A stretch of DNA of 64,000 nucleotides, taken from Lama guanicoe (lineage: Eukaryota). The translations under genes were made by a program, and so were the position numbers. This document shows, piece after piece, positions 12,001 to 26,000 of this stretch. The stretch covers positions 1,156,076-1,220,075 of the forward strand of contig MU056277.1 in the NCBI GenBank assembly GCA_013239625.1, given 5' to 3'. Positions within the stretch are counted from its first letter, which is position 1; every line of letters begins with the position of its first letter. A model generated the notes under the pieces. It was not told where the DNA came from. It did not search any database and was given only the letters and a program-made list of their open reading frames with translations.

Positions 12001-15000
12001 CATTGTGAAGCACTGCTCAGAGTTTGAGTTTAGAACTACTTACATGGAGTATTAAAGTGAACGCACTGTGCTTACTGCCCTTCTGGCTCTGATGCCAGCA
12101 CCTAACTCGCTGTCAGCTGGGAAGTTGTCGTGCACCTGCCCAGACCTTCCTCTTGTGGCCACGGAGTGGCTGCTTTCCCGGGCTCACCTCACTGTCCCTG
12201 GGAGACGGACTGGGAGCCCGTTGTGGGCAGGTGGGCTGCTGCGCCTGTGCGGGGCATGGCTGAGCCCAGCCCTCTCCTTGGGTGCTGCGCTGCTTGACGT
12301 GTGTGTGTGTGTGGTGGGGGTAGGGAGGGGAGCAGCAGTGACTCACTGGGTTCAGTTCTTTGCTGTCCTCTGGAACCTCTGTTACGCCATCTTGGAGCCT
12401 CGTTTTCCCCTTTGTGAAATAGGATTGGCATGAGACCTGCAGCCTGGCACCTCGTGCCTCTTGGACGCTTCGTCCCTCCTCTCCCCGGCCTGGCCGGCCT
12501 CCGCTTCCTGGCGGACTCTGTTCGGACGGCTGCTGCTTTGTGGAGGACGGAGACTCAGCAGCCTTTTGGCTGCGTCAGCCGTCTTGCCTTACTTCTCAGA
12601 GCTTCGTTCTCCCTCCCCCTCAGCCTTCTTGGGAACCACTTAAAATATTGTTGTACAGGTGGTCCCTGTCCTGGGGTTTTGGGTGTTGATTACAGGGGCA
12701 TCCACAAAATGATTTCATTGTCATTTTAAACTGAAAGAAACTGGGAGCACGTTGGGTGAAAGGCTGTGTCCTGACAGAATCCAGCGTCAGACTTTAATTT
12801 TATCTCTAGGGTGTAGGTGTAGGTGGAATGAAATACAAAATCCACAGAAGCCAAGGAGGCAAAAATTCCCCGCTGGAGCTCTGTTCTTCACATAGTTCCA
12901 ACAATATGGACCATTTGCATTAAACTTAAAGAGCACAACTTATTTAAGATTCATCTTGTTCTGAAATCACGAATTCCATTTGACAGTGTGATAGGACGAG
13001 ATTGTATTTTTAAACTTCAAGAACCACACTCCAGAACTGTGCTAAAAGTAATGATTTCTTGTGTCAAAAATAGCTTCCTCATAAACTCAGTGGAGGAGCT
13101 GACCTGGCTGGTTGCACTTGGAGTATGAAGGCTGCGTAAGTTGAGAAGGTGCTTTGCCGGCCTTGGTTGTGGGGGTCTCTCTGTTAGTGCCGAGGCGGTG
13201 GAAAGGCTTCTCCACGTTGCGGGGCATTTTGTCCTTGGGTGCATCACGGAGTGCATCGTTGGTGATGTCATTCAGGTGTGAGCCATCTACTTTTGCTCCT
13301 GTGTCGGGGAGGTGAGGTGGGTCAGGTGCTGTGGCTGGTGATGTCCGGGGGTCCGTGCAGCCAGGTTGCCGTGAGTGGGGAGAGGATGTGTGCAAGCGGC
13401 TGTGGTGGCAGAGCCCCCTGCTGTGCCATCCCTGATGGAGTCCGTCGGGCTGCTCTGGTTGGTCCTGGTGCTGCGTGGCCCCCCACTGTGCACTGGGAGT
13501 CACACGCGGGCACAGGTTTTCCAGAAGGCGCCAGTCTTGTGTCGCCTGGGGCGGGTGCAGCCCCTTGTTGCTCTGTCCCTTGCTGTGTGGCTGGGACTCG
13601 AGCGGGGCTGGCAGGTGCAGCTGAGGGGATGGTCTTGTTGGCTGAGCTCCGGGGCTGCCGGCAGTTCTGTGGCCCCATGAGGAAGGGCAGTCCTGAGGCT
13701 GCGGCCCACACTGAGGAAAGCAGGGTCAGGGGATGGCCTGGAGCCTCTGAGTCTGTGCATGTGGTTCTTGCCCTTCTTAACTTGCTGGTTGTGCAAACCA
13801 GTCCTGGTCAGCCGTGCTGTGCAGACACAAGTGTCAGGCTTCCCGCCATAGCCGGTGGGCAAACTGTCCCAACAGGTCCTCAGCCCGGGGCCTTCAGGCT
13901 GGCAGCGAGTTCCTGATGGCCGCCCTGTGGGAGACCTGAGTCACAGCCCCCAGCCAGGCTTCTCTGAACTCCCGCTGCGCAGACTGTTGGCGGCTGGGCC
14001 TCTGGGCCTCTGGGCTCTGTTGTGGGGATGTGGTGGGCGGTGCAGGAGCCGAGGGGTCGGAAGTGGCTCCCGGCCCCGCCTGCCCTCCTTGCTCTGGGGC
14101 ACCCGGCCGAAGGGCGCTGGCCGATGGCAAGAGGGGAGGGAGTCTTCCGAGAGAGAAGGCGCTCTTTGTGGGCGAGCACGAAGACGCTGGTGTCTTGTCT
14201 TGGCAGTGTCTATGTTTTTCTGGAGCTGTGGTCTGCCCTTCAGGCCCAGTTCTGCTGGGGCAGGGTGGGCGTGGTGTGCTGCCAGCTTGTGCTAGAGATG
14301 CCAGAGATGCCGTTGGCCGGTCACCCCCCACGTCTCCGGGGCTGATGGCACCGAGGTCTACCCTGCCATCATGTGTTAGCTGCGGATGTGGGGTCGCTCT
14401 GCTCTGTGCTCTGTATTCTGGGATCCAGGCTGATGGAGCAGCTCCAGTTCGGGCCTTGCCGTTCTCATTTAAAGGAGAAGACTGGGAGGCAGGCTGAACA
14501 CTCGGGGGTCCCTAAAGCTCCTGCTGGGGGCTGGCCTGCAGCATCCTCCGGCATCTGGTGCCTTGTGCGCACGCCTCACTGGCCAGAACCTGCGGGAAGG
14601 CGTGGCAGTGGGTGGGGGCCCACACCCTCTCCCAGGGTCGCAGTGGAGGTCGCAGTGTCTTGGAGTTAGACAAGGGAGGTTGGAAACCAGCATAATGAGA
14701 GTGAACATTCTGGGTAGATCAGCATCTGTTCTTGTCTTGTGCCTTCGAAACCTCCTTATTTTACCAAATTAGCAGTTAATGCTTTCCTGAAAACCATGGT
14801 GGCTCTTTCTGCTAAAACATAGTCGTCCTCTGTCTGGCTAGAGCTTGCACATTTGGGAGCTCCTCCATGTGCACATGAAGTCACCCTGATGGCATTGCCC
14901 TGCCAAGAGGGGTGCTGGTGACAGTTGACATGTGACAGACAGCCTTGTCTTCCTCATGTACAGGTGAGCCCTCCTTTTTTCAGGTGTTAGTTCAGTAACT

Positions 15001-17369
15001 AAACCTGACACTAAATGTGATATTAAATATAGGTAAGGAATATGTCAAAACAGGATATCTCTAGGGGACTAGCAAAAGTTAAGGCTGGGAGGTTGAGTTT
15101 GGGCCAGGTTCTGGGTATTTGACAGGTTTAGCCCTCCTAGTGATGTCATGGGCACTATTTCCTGGGGGTCAGTGGTCAGGGTGCTGGGTGCTCTCAGGAC
15201 CTGGTTTCTCTGGGCCCTGCAGAACAGATGGGGAGGAAGGCCAGGCTGGGAACCTCTGATGGGTGGTTCCCAGCTATGTAGGCAGATTCCTAGAAGCCCC
15301 TTCCAAATGGGATCAGTGGGACCCCTGGACAGAGAGCCTCAGGTTTAATTTTCTTTCCCTCCCATTGCCAGGAGATCGTCTCCCCCGTTGAGGATGCCCT
15401 GTGGGAAGGGCACAGGTGGTCCTCGGGGCAGCGCTGCCCACCTCAGGCACTGCCCTTGATGGTGCCCCGCCACCCACTTTTGCAGGCTGGCCCCGGGTGG
15501 ATCTGTGATTGTATGCTGTGTCAACAATGGCTGTGATCCCCTCTCTCAGACTTAACAGTGAGAAGGCCTTGGATGGCTCTGTGTCTGCAGATAGCGCAGG
15601 GTGACAGCTGTTCCTGACCCGGGTGGCGTTCGGGGATGGCGGCAGGTAGAGCGGGGAGCAGACCGAGTGCAGGCTGGCAGTGTGCGCGTTCCCCCTCACA
15701 GGCTCGGGGTGCTAAAAGGTGAGCGCGGCTCAGGGTCTGTGTCAGGAGCAGCGGCTTCCAGCATGGGAGCCTCAGCGCCGGAGGAGGGGCTCCCGCTGGA
15801 GTGCGACCTGGGGCGGCGGTGCTGTCCGTGCAGGTGGGCGCCCGCGTGTGTGGGCGTGCAGCCCGTTCTCTGCACCGTCTCTCAAGTGTTCTCTGGTCCT
15901 GAGCACCCAGCCATGCGTGAAGCTGATTTTGTTTTGTGGTTGTTTGCATTTTGTTGAACAGGCGTTTCCCTTGGCAGAACGTAGTCGCGGGTGGGCCAGC
16001 TTTCGCAGGAGGCCTCGGGGTTCTCGGTGCAGAACTGAGAGTTTGATCTCAGTCACTGGTGAGGCTTTGCCCGTTGCTGCTTCATGTCATCACCTGCATC
16101 ATCCTCCGAGTCTTTCCTGCTCCTCGTTCCCATTCAAGGACGGGACCCCGGAGGCCCCCAGGGCTTCAGTAAGTAGCGTAAGGCCCTGGCCACTGGGGGA
16201 GGGCAGGGGGAGGCTTCAGGTCAGAAGCACCGCCTGCCTCCTTCCCAGCCCAGCCTCTCCCCTCGTGGGCCACGGTGGAGACTCTCCAAGTATTTTATGT
16301 CTCACCTTGAATACCCTGGGTCTCTTCCATCCTGGTTTCCTGTTGGTTGTATTTCATTATGTATTGTTGTTTCTGCCGAAAGTGAAATATTTAAAACCCT
16401 GTAGCTACTGAGTCTAATATTATGAGCTTTGTTTTTCTGTGGAAAACCAGTAGGCTTGTTTTGAGACTCTTGGGTTATTCTGCTGCACCTTATTTCACTG
16501 AAGCGCAAAAGTGACGGTGAGTATTCGGTCGTACACTTCTGACTGGATCGGTTCTAGGATCTGTGGGGTGTTGTGTCCCCTCCTCACTGCACGGGGAGAG
16601 GGTTGTGACCCGTCCTCCTCTCCCCACCTCACCCTGGGCTGCCCGGAATCACCTGGTGAGCGTCCCATTCTCATCTGGGGCCCCTTCCTCAGCAGTTCGC
16701 ATTCAGTTGGTCTGTTCTGTGTCTTGAACGTCTTGGTTCCTGATGTCCTGGGAGGCCCTGACTGCAGCCCCTCCTGAGAACCACCTGAAGGGGGACGTAG
16801 GAGCAGCACCTGGCTCCGCCCCCTTGCAGCCTAGCCCTCAGCGCAGGCAGCCCCCGCAGGCAGGCTGTGGCCCTGGGACCCCCGGGTATGTGCCTGTTGG
16901 TGAGAATTTCCTCTTGCTCCCGGAGCGCAGGCTTTCTCTGTACGCCAAGATTCTTCTGGCTTTGCTTTGTGTCGAATAGCTTCCTTTTTCAAGAAGTGGC
17001 CTGTTACCTTTGTCTAGAGAAGAACTTCAGTTAAAACACTTTATTGACTTAGAACATGTGTCTTTTCCTCTCAGTGACAAGCGTTCACCTCATCCCATTG
17101 TGTAGTTTCCTGTTAGGAAGGTGGCGCGTGTGTGAACTCACTTTGGTCTGACGTCACGTTGGAGCCCATTGGTGGACCGTCTCCGCCAACCAGACACTTC
17201 CTGGTATCCGTGTAAGAAAGATACATAGTTCTGGAATAACAGGAAACTTCAGTTCTCGGCATCCTGTTTTTCTGGGTTTTGTGCCTCTCTGCCTCGCCAC
17301 AATGAAGGTTAGTCGGTGTCTTTCTGTATGTTTCTTTTTGCACAGTACCACGATGTGAATTTTCCAAGC

Positions 17370-17460
17370 TCCCGAGTTAGAGCTTGAGGGCTGGGAGGTG
17401 TACAGATCACCTGCTCCCGCATTTTGCAGAAGGGAGCTGAGGCCTATGCAGGGTAATACT
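17370..17460 (-). mobile_element. MIR fragment
   Basis: 'cattttgcagaagggagctgaggcct' core. Confidence 0.45.
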
Positions 17461-18029
17461 TTTAATAAAAGTTGCAGCCAACCCACTGAAAAACGTAGAT
17501 GGTACGTCAGCCTCGACAATGAACGCTCCCGTTTGACTTGGAATTTCTTTTAAAATAACAGATACCAGAGCAGATGCGTCAAGCTGTGTTACAGGGTGAT
17601 CCTAAAGACTGTCCTGAGGGCTCCTTACTCTTACAGGCAGGGTCTGGCGTCGTGACCTGAGCTGTGGTTTGCTTCATCCAGATGAGGTGCGCCCGCGATG
17701 TGCTGTGGCGCTCGGGTGTCTGTGCTGTGGCTCCAGCCGGTTCTCTCCCTTCTCTGTGCTGGACGCTGTCTCGGCTCGGCTCCCATGGCCTCCATCCTAG
17801 AGGTGGTTTTTCAACTTCTGGACTTTCTTTTGTTCATGTTTAAGTAACATATGTGGTGATGATTTTCACTCATCTGGGAAGTTAAGACGGAAGACTATTA
17901 CCTGGAGACTTCTGGGAAGACAGCAATCATTGTTCAGCTCCGGGATGGCTCCTCGTAGCTGTTCTTTGTGTGACTGTCCTCTCAGGGACGTTCAGCACCA
18001 CAGGGTGGCTGGTGGGTGGGTGGGGTGTT

Positions 18030-18110
18030 ATTTACCTGTTCAGCAAACATTTGCACTGTTACCTTGTACCGGCCACTTGCTGGATGTCATGTGCTGTGAG
18101 GTCAGCTTTT
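18030..18110 (-). mobile_element. L2 3' end fragment
   Basis: 'ttcagcaaacatttgc...' resembles the antisense L2 tail (ttcaacaaatatttatt). Confidence 0.4.
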
Positions 18111-19229
18111 ACAGATTTCAGTCGAGGGTGGCGTGTGCACATGGGATGTAAAGTTGTCGCGATTGGTGTGCTGGGGGCTTGGCTGGGCCCTGCCGAGCCT
18201 AGGGGGACATGGGGCTGGCGCAGTCAGATGAGAAGGGTGGGGGGCAGGAAGCAGAGAAGCGGGGCTCCTGGCAGGATGTGGGGTGGAGGGGCTGCTGTTG
18301 AAGGAGAGGCGGCGGGCAACCAGAGAGGAAGTCACTCCTGGGATGACTTAGTTCCTTTTTGTTCCTGTGCCAGAACCTTTGACGTATGTTAACACAGTTC
18401 ACGTTTTGTCACCTAAACACACCTTTCTGTTAATCGCGTCTTTGAAAGAATTTTCCATAACTTGTGTGGCACAGAGCTGTGGGTGATCTGATGCTGAGTT
18501 TGGGGGTGCTTGTTCAGGGCTTAGAGCTGTATGTGGTCGGTGTTTGGGAGTGAGATGTGTTTGCACATGTGTTGTGCACTGGCCGCACTGGCTTTGCAAG
18601 GCTGGGTGCGCATCTCGTTCGGCTCCTGGGGTTGGGGGTGGGCGGGGAGGGCCGGCGGTGGGCAGGGGCTGACCTGGTCATGTCCCCTGTCCCTTGGTTG
18701 CTGAGATTGTGGGAGATGCAGATCAGGCAGTCCTGGTCTGGCTTCAGTTCTCTGCCCTGAGGATGGAGGTGTCCCCCCAGAACTGCCGCCCTGCTCCCAG
18801 AGCCCTTCCCCTCCTTCTGCTTGAGCGTGTGCCCCGATGTCTGCGCTTCCCCTTCCTGTTGCTGGCCCTGGCCTCGGCTGTGAGAGGAGAGGAGGTCTCA
18901 GCAGGCCTGCCCTGTGGCCTCGGCCTCAGTCTAAGGAGGGAGGCTTTGCTGGGCACCAGCAGCGCCCAGGTTGTGGCTGGGGGTGGTGGTGGGCACAGGG
19001 TGAGGAGCAGGTGGCTAGGAAACTGGGCTCAGGCCTGGGATCAAAGGGCCCCACGAGGGAGCCTGGTCTGGCGTCCTGTCCCACGTAGGCCGGGCTCCCA
19101 GGTGTGCCGCGCCCCGAGGGTCTCCCCTGCTCGGCCTGCAAATATCCCCTCGCTGCTGCTGCGGGGGCGCCGGCTCCCCTGCCCCTCACGGGGCTCTGCT
19201 AATCCTGCTTGTCCACTTTTCCCTTTCAG

Positions 19230-19314
19230 ACGTTTGATGCGAACGACTTGTATCAGGGGCAGAATTTCAACAAGGTCCTCAGCTCCTTGGTGACTCTAAA
19301 TAAAGTAACAGCAG
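19230..19314 (+). CDS. ARHGEF7: ARHGEF7 exon, end of CH domain (TFDANDLYQGQNFNKVLSSLVTLNKVTA); 5'UTR in short isoforms
   Basis: ccctttcag|ACG...GCAG|gtaagt, 85 nt, phase 0 to 1. Confidence 0.96.
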
Positions 19315-21970
19315 GTAAGTCTCTTTTTACTGAATTGGACGGGAGGGGACCACTGAAGGGCAAAGACTTGCTTTCCTGTTAGGAGGTAGAATGAGCGTCC
19401 TTGAATGGAAAAGGACTGCATTAATGTTAGGCTGTCTCTTCTGCTGCAGTGGTATTCTTATTATTTATTCCTTGTTAGTCTTCCTCTGTAGGTCCTGGTA
19501 GATACCAAGTAGGTATCGACTGTTTTCCTTCCTGTGGGCGGAGACTTTCTGCCTGCAAGTAGAGCAGAGGAGGAAGGCCTTGTCCACGTGGGCGTTCTCA
19601 TGGGCTGCCTTGGACCTAGAAGCTCCTTGCTCTGGATTTTTATTAAGTTAATGCTGATTGAAGCATATCTGGTCAGCAGATCTAGTGACTGTTTTTGAGG
19701 TGTGGCCAGTTTTTTGGCCTCTACAGTTAACTCCTGCCTGGGCCAGGTTTCCTGTGGGCGACAGGGCACCCGGGCTGTGTGGTCTGCAGGTTCTGGCCCG
19801 TCACTCTCAGTGGAGAGGGTGAGTGGAGAAGGGGGCGCCGGCCCTCTGGTGGGCTCCCAGACCGCGGTGAGGACAGCAGGGTCTGTGCACATGCTCCCAG
19901 GGAGGCCACACTGGCTGCGGGCTGGAGAAACTGGGTCTGGAGAGTGTGTGAGTCCAGAAGGACTTGGTGGCTCTTTTGTTTCAAAGTCATCTTTGCTTTC
20001 CCATTTACCTTTACAGATTGTAGTTTCAGGTTTATGGGGGGAGTTGGACCTTGACAGTCTCCTGATCAGGAAACTTGTGTTTGTCTTGTAGGGGGTCCCT
20101 CCTAGTTTTACACCATGGCCCTTCAGATGGGTGCACTCACCTCTCTGTGTGGAGGGAATAGAGCCACGACACTCGGGGCCACGGGACCATCTGCAGTGAC
20201 CCTCCCGCCATTTGTCTGCTGGGAGGGCTGTCAGGGTGCGGCCGCAGGTGACACGTCAGTAGTGGGGACGTGAAGGCTGGGAGCCGCGTCTCTGGGTGCC
20301 TGTTCCTGTGGCTCTTACCCCCTAACATGGAGGTGTTTCTCCTGTGTTCTTGACAGCATCGCATGCACACTGGCTGTGGAACGGGGAGCGCTGTTCTGTA
20401 CAGAGATCTGTCGGGGGTTCTGAAATAAACTTGGTACTTTTCTCTTCAGACAAAATGACAGCCTTCTCAGACGGAAAGAAGTTTTTGCCTTTGTGTTTGC
20501 TGGCTCTTAATTTTTGTTTTTGAAGTCAGTGCGATGGAGATGACTGTATCTTTATTAGACCTCAGCTTTACGTGGCTGACTCAGGTATAAGACAGGTGCG
20601 CCTGCTGCTTCCACGGTCGTTGGCAGCCTTCTTGAGAAAAGCCTGTCGTCACCTTCCCTCTGCTCTGGCACTTAAAGAAAACCATGTGTGTTCTCCTGGT
20701 GTGCGGAGACAGAAAGAAGATTGGTGCTGGGGAAGTAAGAGGTGTCCTGGAGAGACCTCCCCCGTGTTAAGTGTCCCCTGGGTACGGCGGGCGGGCAGCC
20801 ACTGGGGCAGCGTCTTCACAAAATGCCCTCTGGGAGCTGGTTTGTGCTTGGGATTGCCCAGGCCTCTGTAGGGAGCACTAGCACTCTGTGGCATTACTGC
20901 CAGCCCTGAGCGGGACCTGAGAATCATAGGGACCCTTTGAAGGTACAGACTCAAGACTGAGATGTCAGGGTGGTTTTTAGGGCAGGGCTCCCAGACTCCA
21001 GAGCCTGTGGGCCCGGCAGGCAGTCTGGAGGAGGGGGGCAAACAGGGGGTGACCCTGCACAGCACTGGGCCGCCGGTCCAGGGACTCAGACCCAGTGGTG
21101 CCCCAGCCTACATGCTTGAGGGACAGCTGGAAACCTAGGTTTCCCTGTAAAGGCCTCACACTTGCAGTTGTTGGTAACTAAGTTGGAGTTTTATGAGACA
21201 CCACTTAAACCAATCCAAGCATCTGCTGGAAAGATAGGACCTGGTGACCAGCAGTTGCAGGGTGTTTTAGCGGGGGGAGGAGGGGGAAGCCCCTGTGTAG
21301 CTGCAGGGACTTTCTAAACCTCGTGCATCTCACAGCAGTGGTTTCCCTGGAAAACTTTTTTGAGGTCTCGCGTCACTTCTGCAAAGTGGGTTGCTAACAT
21401 TGTCGTGCTGGTTGGCCTGAGTGGGGAGTGCAGTCCTGAAGGGACTCCTGAGAGAGCTGAGCCCCTAGTACCACCTGGGCTGGTCCCCTCAGCCACTTTG
21501 CGAGGGGAAGAAAGCGTAGTTGCCTCCCAGCCGAGGAGATCCTCCTCAGAAGGGCCTCTCTGGCCAGAGGATGCTAGGGGGTTTCTGTTTGTTCTCAGTA
21601 AGACAGTCTTTTCCTTTCTTGCACAATCACACTCACCGCTTGTCGTCTGAGGTATAATCCCGGAGGGTGCGCGTGCGGTGGGGTGAGTCCCGGGTGGTGC
21701 TCTGCTAAGCAGTTGTGTGTGAGAGGCTTACTTTCTCAAGGTGAAGGGAAAGTATTAAAAATGGTTACAAACACTTTACAAACTTGAAACTTACCCTGAA
21801 GAAGAACAGGTGCGTAGTCACGTCTGGTTAATTTCTGGGCCGGTGCCTGAGTGGGTGCAGGATGGCACCTGCTCCCGCTCCCCTGCCGGGATGGGATGCG
21901 GGGCCCTTGTGCGGTGAGGGTGCGGGGGTCAGGCGCTCAGCTCGCTCTCTTCCCTCTGTCGCCTTTGCAG

Positions 21971-22101
21971 ACATTGGCCTGGGAAGTGACTCCGTGTGTG
22001 CCCGGCCCTCATCTCACCGGATAAAGTCTTTTGACTCCCTGGGATCCCAGCCTTCGCACTGCCGGACTTCAAAATTGTTCCAGGGCCAGTACCGGAGCTT
22101 G
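21971..22101 (+). CDS. ARHGEF7: ARHGEF7 exon, CH-SH3 linker (DIGLGSDSVCARPSSHRIKSFDSLG...QYRSL)
   Basis: tttgcag|AC...TTG|gtaagc, 131 nt, phase 1 to 0. Confidence 0.96.
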
Positions 22102-24339
22102 GTAAGCGAGAGCCTGCTGCTGAGAGCGGAGTGTGGGACACAAGCGTGTGCAGACCTGTGTGCTGGGCGCTCGGACCCGTGGAGGGTCGCCGGCAGAGGG
22201 CGCTGTGGCCCTGCTGCCTTCACTCATGTTCTCCACATGCCCCGCTTAAGGACAGCTCCTGAGAAATTGGTGTATTTGGGGAGTTACAGTCTAAGATATA
22301 TACGTCTGTTTATCTGGAGCGATGGGTACTTTAAAATGTTTCCCTGGTTCTGCAAATGCGAGTATAGGCCCTTTTTGGGACTAGAGGAGAGGTGGAGTGT
22401 GTGAGGGCAGCACTCTGAGACACCCCGGGTTGGGATTATCAAGACAGTGTCAGAACACTGGACAGGAAGGCGTGTGAGTACGTTGCAGGTGCAGGACACT
22501 AATGGGTGCCACTTTGTAGGGTGAGAAAGAGGCCGTTAGGGTCCCTGTTCCCAGAGGACGTGGGCTATGCTCCCTGCCCGGGGCCACCTCTCTGCCTTCA
22601 CTTTCCTCCCATCTCAGCTTTAGTGAGGAGCAGCGTCTGCGCAGGCCGAGCCTGGCCTGCCTGAGTTGACAGGGGACACTCCCAGGTGGAGCCGGGGCTG
22701 GCGGGCGCTGCCTGTGTGGCGGCTGCTGCTCCAGCCGCGTCCCTGTCCTTTCCTCACAGCGAGGACGGCGGCCGCTCTTGATCGGCCTGCTGTGGTTTAG
22801 ACGGTTGGGAAGGGTCATGTTGAGCCCAGATGGTGACCAGCTAGAGTTTCCCGGAGGCTTTAAAAAGGGGAGGAGGACCCCATGAAGGTAAGCCAGTGAT
22901 GAGATACAGCCTTTCCAGCTGCCCGAGACGGCAGGGCGGCGGGGGCCGGGTGAGGAAGCGGGAGCCCAGTGGGGTGTCCTCTCACCCGCCTTCCGACAGC
23001 GCCTCCAGAGCACGCCTCCCGAGTGGGGAGTTTGTGGGTTCAGAAGTGAAGGGTCTGGACTGGCCACCTGTCTTCTGTGCCCCCACCCCTGACACCTCCC
23101 TGTCCTGTCCTTTGTGGAGTGTCCCTTTCTGAAGGAGGAAGGTGTCACTGTGGGCCTAACCCATGACAGTGGGGTGGACGTGGGGCACCTCCTGTGTGGC
23201 ATCCCCTCGTGTGGCCCGGCCTGACCCCTAGAGGCCTGTGCTGCGCATCTGTTTGGTTGTTGTATGTCGTGTTCTGTTGCTGGACTTTGGCACCAGCTCG
23301 TGGCCGCATGTTTTACCGAAAGCTGGATACATCACAGAGAGGATGGTGTGGTGGAGATGGGGACAGCAGTTTGCGGCCTCTAAGCCAGTCGCGTCCTCCG
23401 GACCAGACAGGGGAGAGTGTGTCCCACCCGAGGGGGAGGGGACGGCGGTCAGCCCGGCATCCAGGCCAAGTGTTGCAGAGAGATTCTTTACTGACTATTC
23501 TCAGTATTAAATATTAAGTATGCGTTACATGTACAGTTCTTCACATAAGTCTGTAATGTATTGATGTGAATTGTTAAACATTCATGACTCACAGCAGAGC
23601 ATGTGCAAACTCAGGTTTAAGCAGATGGATGTGTATGAGGTGCTCAGAGCTCCGTCAGCTTCTCTCGCAGAAGTTCTGCTCGGCGCTGTGTGCCTTGTCT
23701 GTTTCTGTCCCTGTTCAGTGACACATGCACCTGGTTGAGAGTCAGGTGATCCTCCCAGACCTGCTGTCAGGAAGAGTCAGCAGAGTCGGCTACTTCCCGT
23801 TTTTTTCTGTTGGTTCTGTAGGTAATCGTCTTTGTGTCTCTACTGAGAAGGCCTTATGTAAAGCTGGATTTTTTTTCCTTTTTTTAACTTGACGTGTTAT
23901 GACTGTGGACTTCCCCCAGGAAAGAGGGGGCTCTGGGCTCTTCCACGCCCCAGCCTTCACCTGCTGAGTGCAGCTGGGCCCCCCCGCCCCCGTGGCTGAG
24001 CCCCGCCCGGCTTCGTTGAGTGGATGTTGGTACAACATTGTTATGACCCAGACTCACCACGGAGCCACCGTGTGTCTGGGACTGTTCTTTTCTGATGACA
24101 TTCTGTTGCCTGTCGAGTTTTCTGTGCACTGTTTGCAGATTGCAGGCCCAGTCTTTTGCCTTTTTTGAAAGAGTCTCTTCTTGGCCGTTGAGACGTGTTA
24201 GGACTTCACAGTTGCCTCCTCCTAGGGAGCCCCCCTCGAGTCTCCCGGCCCGCTTGAGGGCGGGCTGGTCGCCACCAGGCTGCGCCAGCTGCACCTGTGC
24301 CTTCATCAGCCCCGCAGGCTCCCTGTGACTTGAGTGACT

Positions 24340-24930
24340 TCCTCTGCCGCCTTATGTCATCATTTTTTCTTGGTTAATTCATCTGTTTTGGAGGAGTACG
24401 TCTTTTACTAACTTCTTGAGGAAGGGTGCAGGGGAGGTGAGGTTTTTCAGACCCTGCATATCCTCAGATGTCTTTTTAAATCCAAATACTAAGGGTTTCT
24501 GGCCCTTCTGCAGTTTAATTGTGATGTGGCTTAGTCCAGACTTCTTTAGGCTTATCCTGTTTGGGGTCCAGTCAGCTTCCTAACTGTATGTTTGCGCCTC
24601 TTGTCGCATCGAGGACTTTTCAGCCTTATTTCTACACTCCTTTTCAGCTCTGGCCTCTTCCTCCTCCAGGACTTCGATGGCCCCAGCCTTAGATCTTTGT
24701 CACTTCCATGAACCCAGGGGGCTCTCATCATGTTTTTCCTCTCTGTCGGTTTGAGTACATTTTATAGGTTCTGTTTCATTTCTGGGGTTGTCTGTTTTGA
24801 GAGAGCTTCGTCTTGGTCTTAGTGCCCTTGTCCTTTCTCGGTCAGGCTCTTGTCTTCCTTGTTCTGGGACGAGGAATGTTTTCGGTTGTGTCCTAAACCC
24901 TTTGGAGAGGGTGTTAGGAGGAGCCGGGCC
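24340..24930 (-). mobile_element. Old L1M (ORF1-region) antisense fragment
   Basis: 'cagtttaattgtgatgtggcttag...ttatcctgtttggggt...ttttcagccttatttct' typical of L1M ORF1 antisense. Confidence 0.65.
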
Positions 24931-25474
24931 CTGCTTCAGTCTATGTCTCTGCAGCCGTGGCCCTGACTGTTCTGTGCAGCGGCGCTGGCCTGGGTTGGGC
25001 GGCTGTGGTTCTAGTGACAGGTTAGTTTCCTTGTAGTGCTGTCTGGTCAGACGCATTTACCTGGTGTCACTGGGGCTCCTGCTGGAGCCCTGACAGCGCC
25101 TCTGGATGGGAATTGGGGAGATGTCAGGCCTGCTTCTCCCCTGCATGGGCAGGGGGTGCTGCCTGCTGCCCCTGGGGAGTGGGCGCTGGATTCCTGCCAC
25201 GTCCCTGGTGCTGGTGCAGTGCCGGCACCTGATGGGGCACAGCACGTCCGACCCCGTTCCCTTGGACACCCGGTGCCGGATGAGCGGCTTACCCGTTGTC
25301 ACCGGTTGAGTGAGCCTGCCTGCTGCCTCTTCCCTGCCCGCTGACCGGGGGAGCAGGCTTTTCTTGGGGATTTTCGTTGATTCTTGTTGGCAGTTCCAGT
25401 CGGGGGTGGATGGAGGTTAAAAAAAAATTCTAGCCGGTCTACCTTTCTCTTCCTGCTTTTCTGTAATTATGCTT

Positions 25475-26000
25475 AATCTCTGAGAAAGATGCAAATTAAA
25501 ATGAAGTACCATTTTTACCTGTCAGTTCAGGAAAAATTTGAATGTTTGGCCGTATCCAGTGTTGGTGAGTATTTGAGGCAGTGAGAACTCTTAGATGCCG
25601 CTCGCGGGAATGAGGCTTGGTGTGGGTCTGTAGGACCTTTTTGGAGAGCAGTTTAGGAATAAGTGTGAATTTCATGTGAGTTACCTTTGTTCTCTGATCT
25701 GAATTTAACAGTTTGATTTATTTACTGCTGTGTTCGAAGACAGATGTGCAGACAGTTCTAATGCAGCCTTGTTTTGCAATAGAAAATATTAGGACCAGCC
25801 TCATTGGTTAACTCTGCACTGCCTTACAGTGTAACGCTATGCAGTTAGTTGAGACTCAGGTAATTAAGTCCTGCTGAAAAAAAATGATCACAGTATTTTA
25901 ACTTGTTGCAAATTACAGAGAAGTGTGTACCATGTAATTCTGTGTAAATGTCCGTGAAAGTGCCTGCATTTATGTAGGCATAACAGTGGCAGGAATGAGA
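25475..26000 (+). mobile_element. L1ME-type ORF2 end/3'UTR fragment
   Basis: 'atgcaaattaaaa...taccattttt...ccagtgttggtgag...gaactct...ttttggagagcagttt'. Confidence 0.7.

Noticed and set aside
19167-19229. Upstream extension equivalent to the 21-aa CH insert of the longest human isoform
   Set aside because: In-frame TAA at 19200-19202, and I saw no matching peptide elsewhere in the window.
22450-23202. Long ORFs in the six-frame track (e.g. 250 aa here; also 5256..5912, 13278..13916, 15719..16411, 56737..57444, 61439..62083)
   Set aside because: Pro/Gly/Arg/Ala-rich, no domain resemblance, many with non-ATG starts; expected in GC-rich intron.
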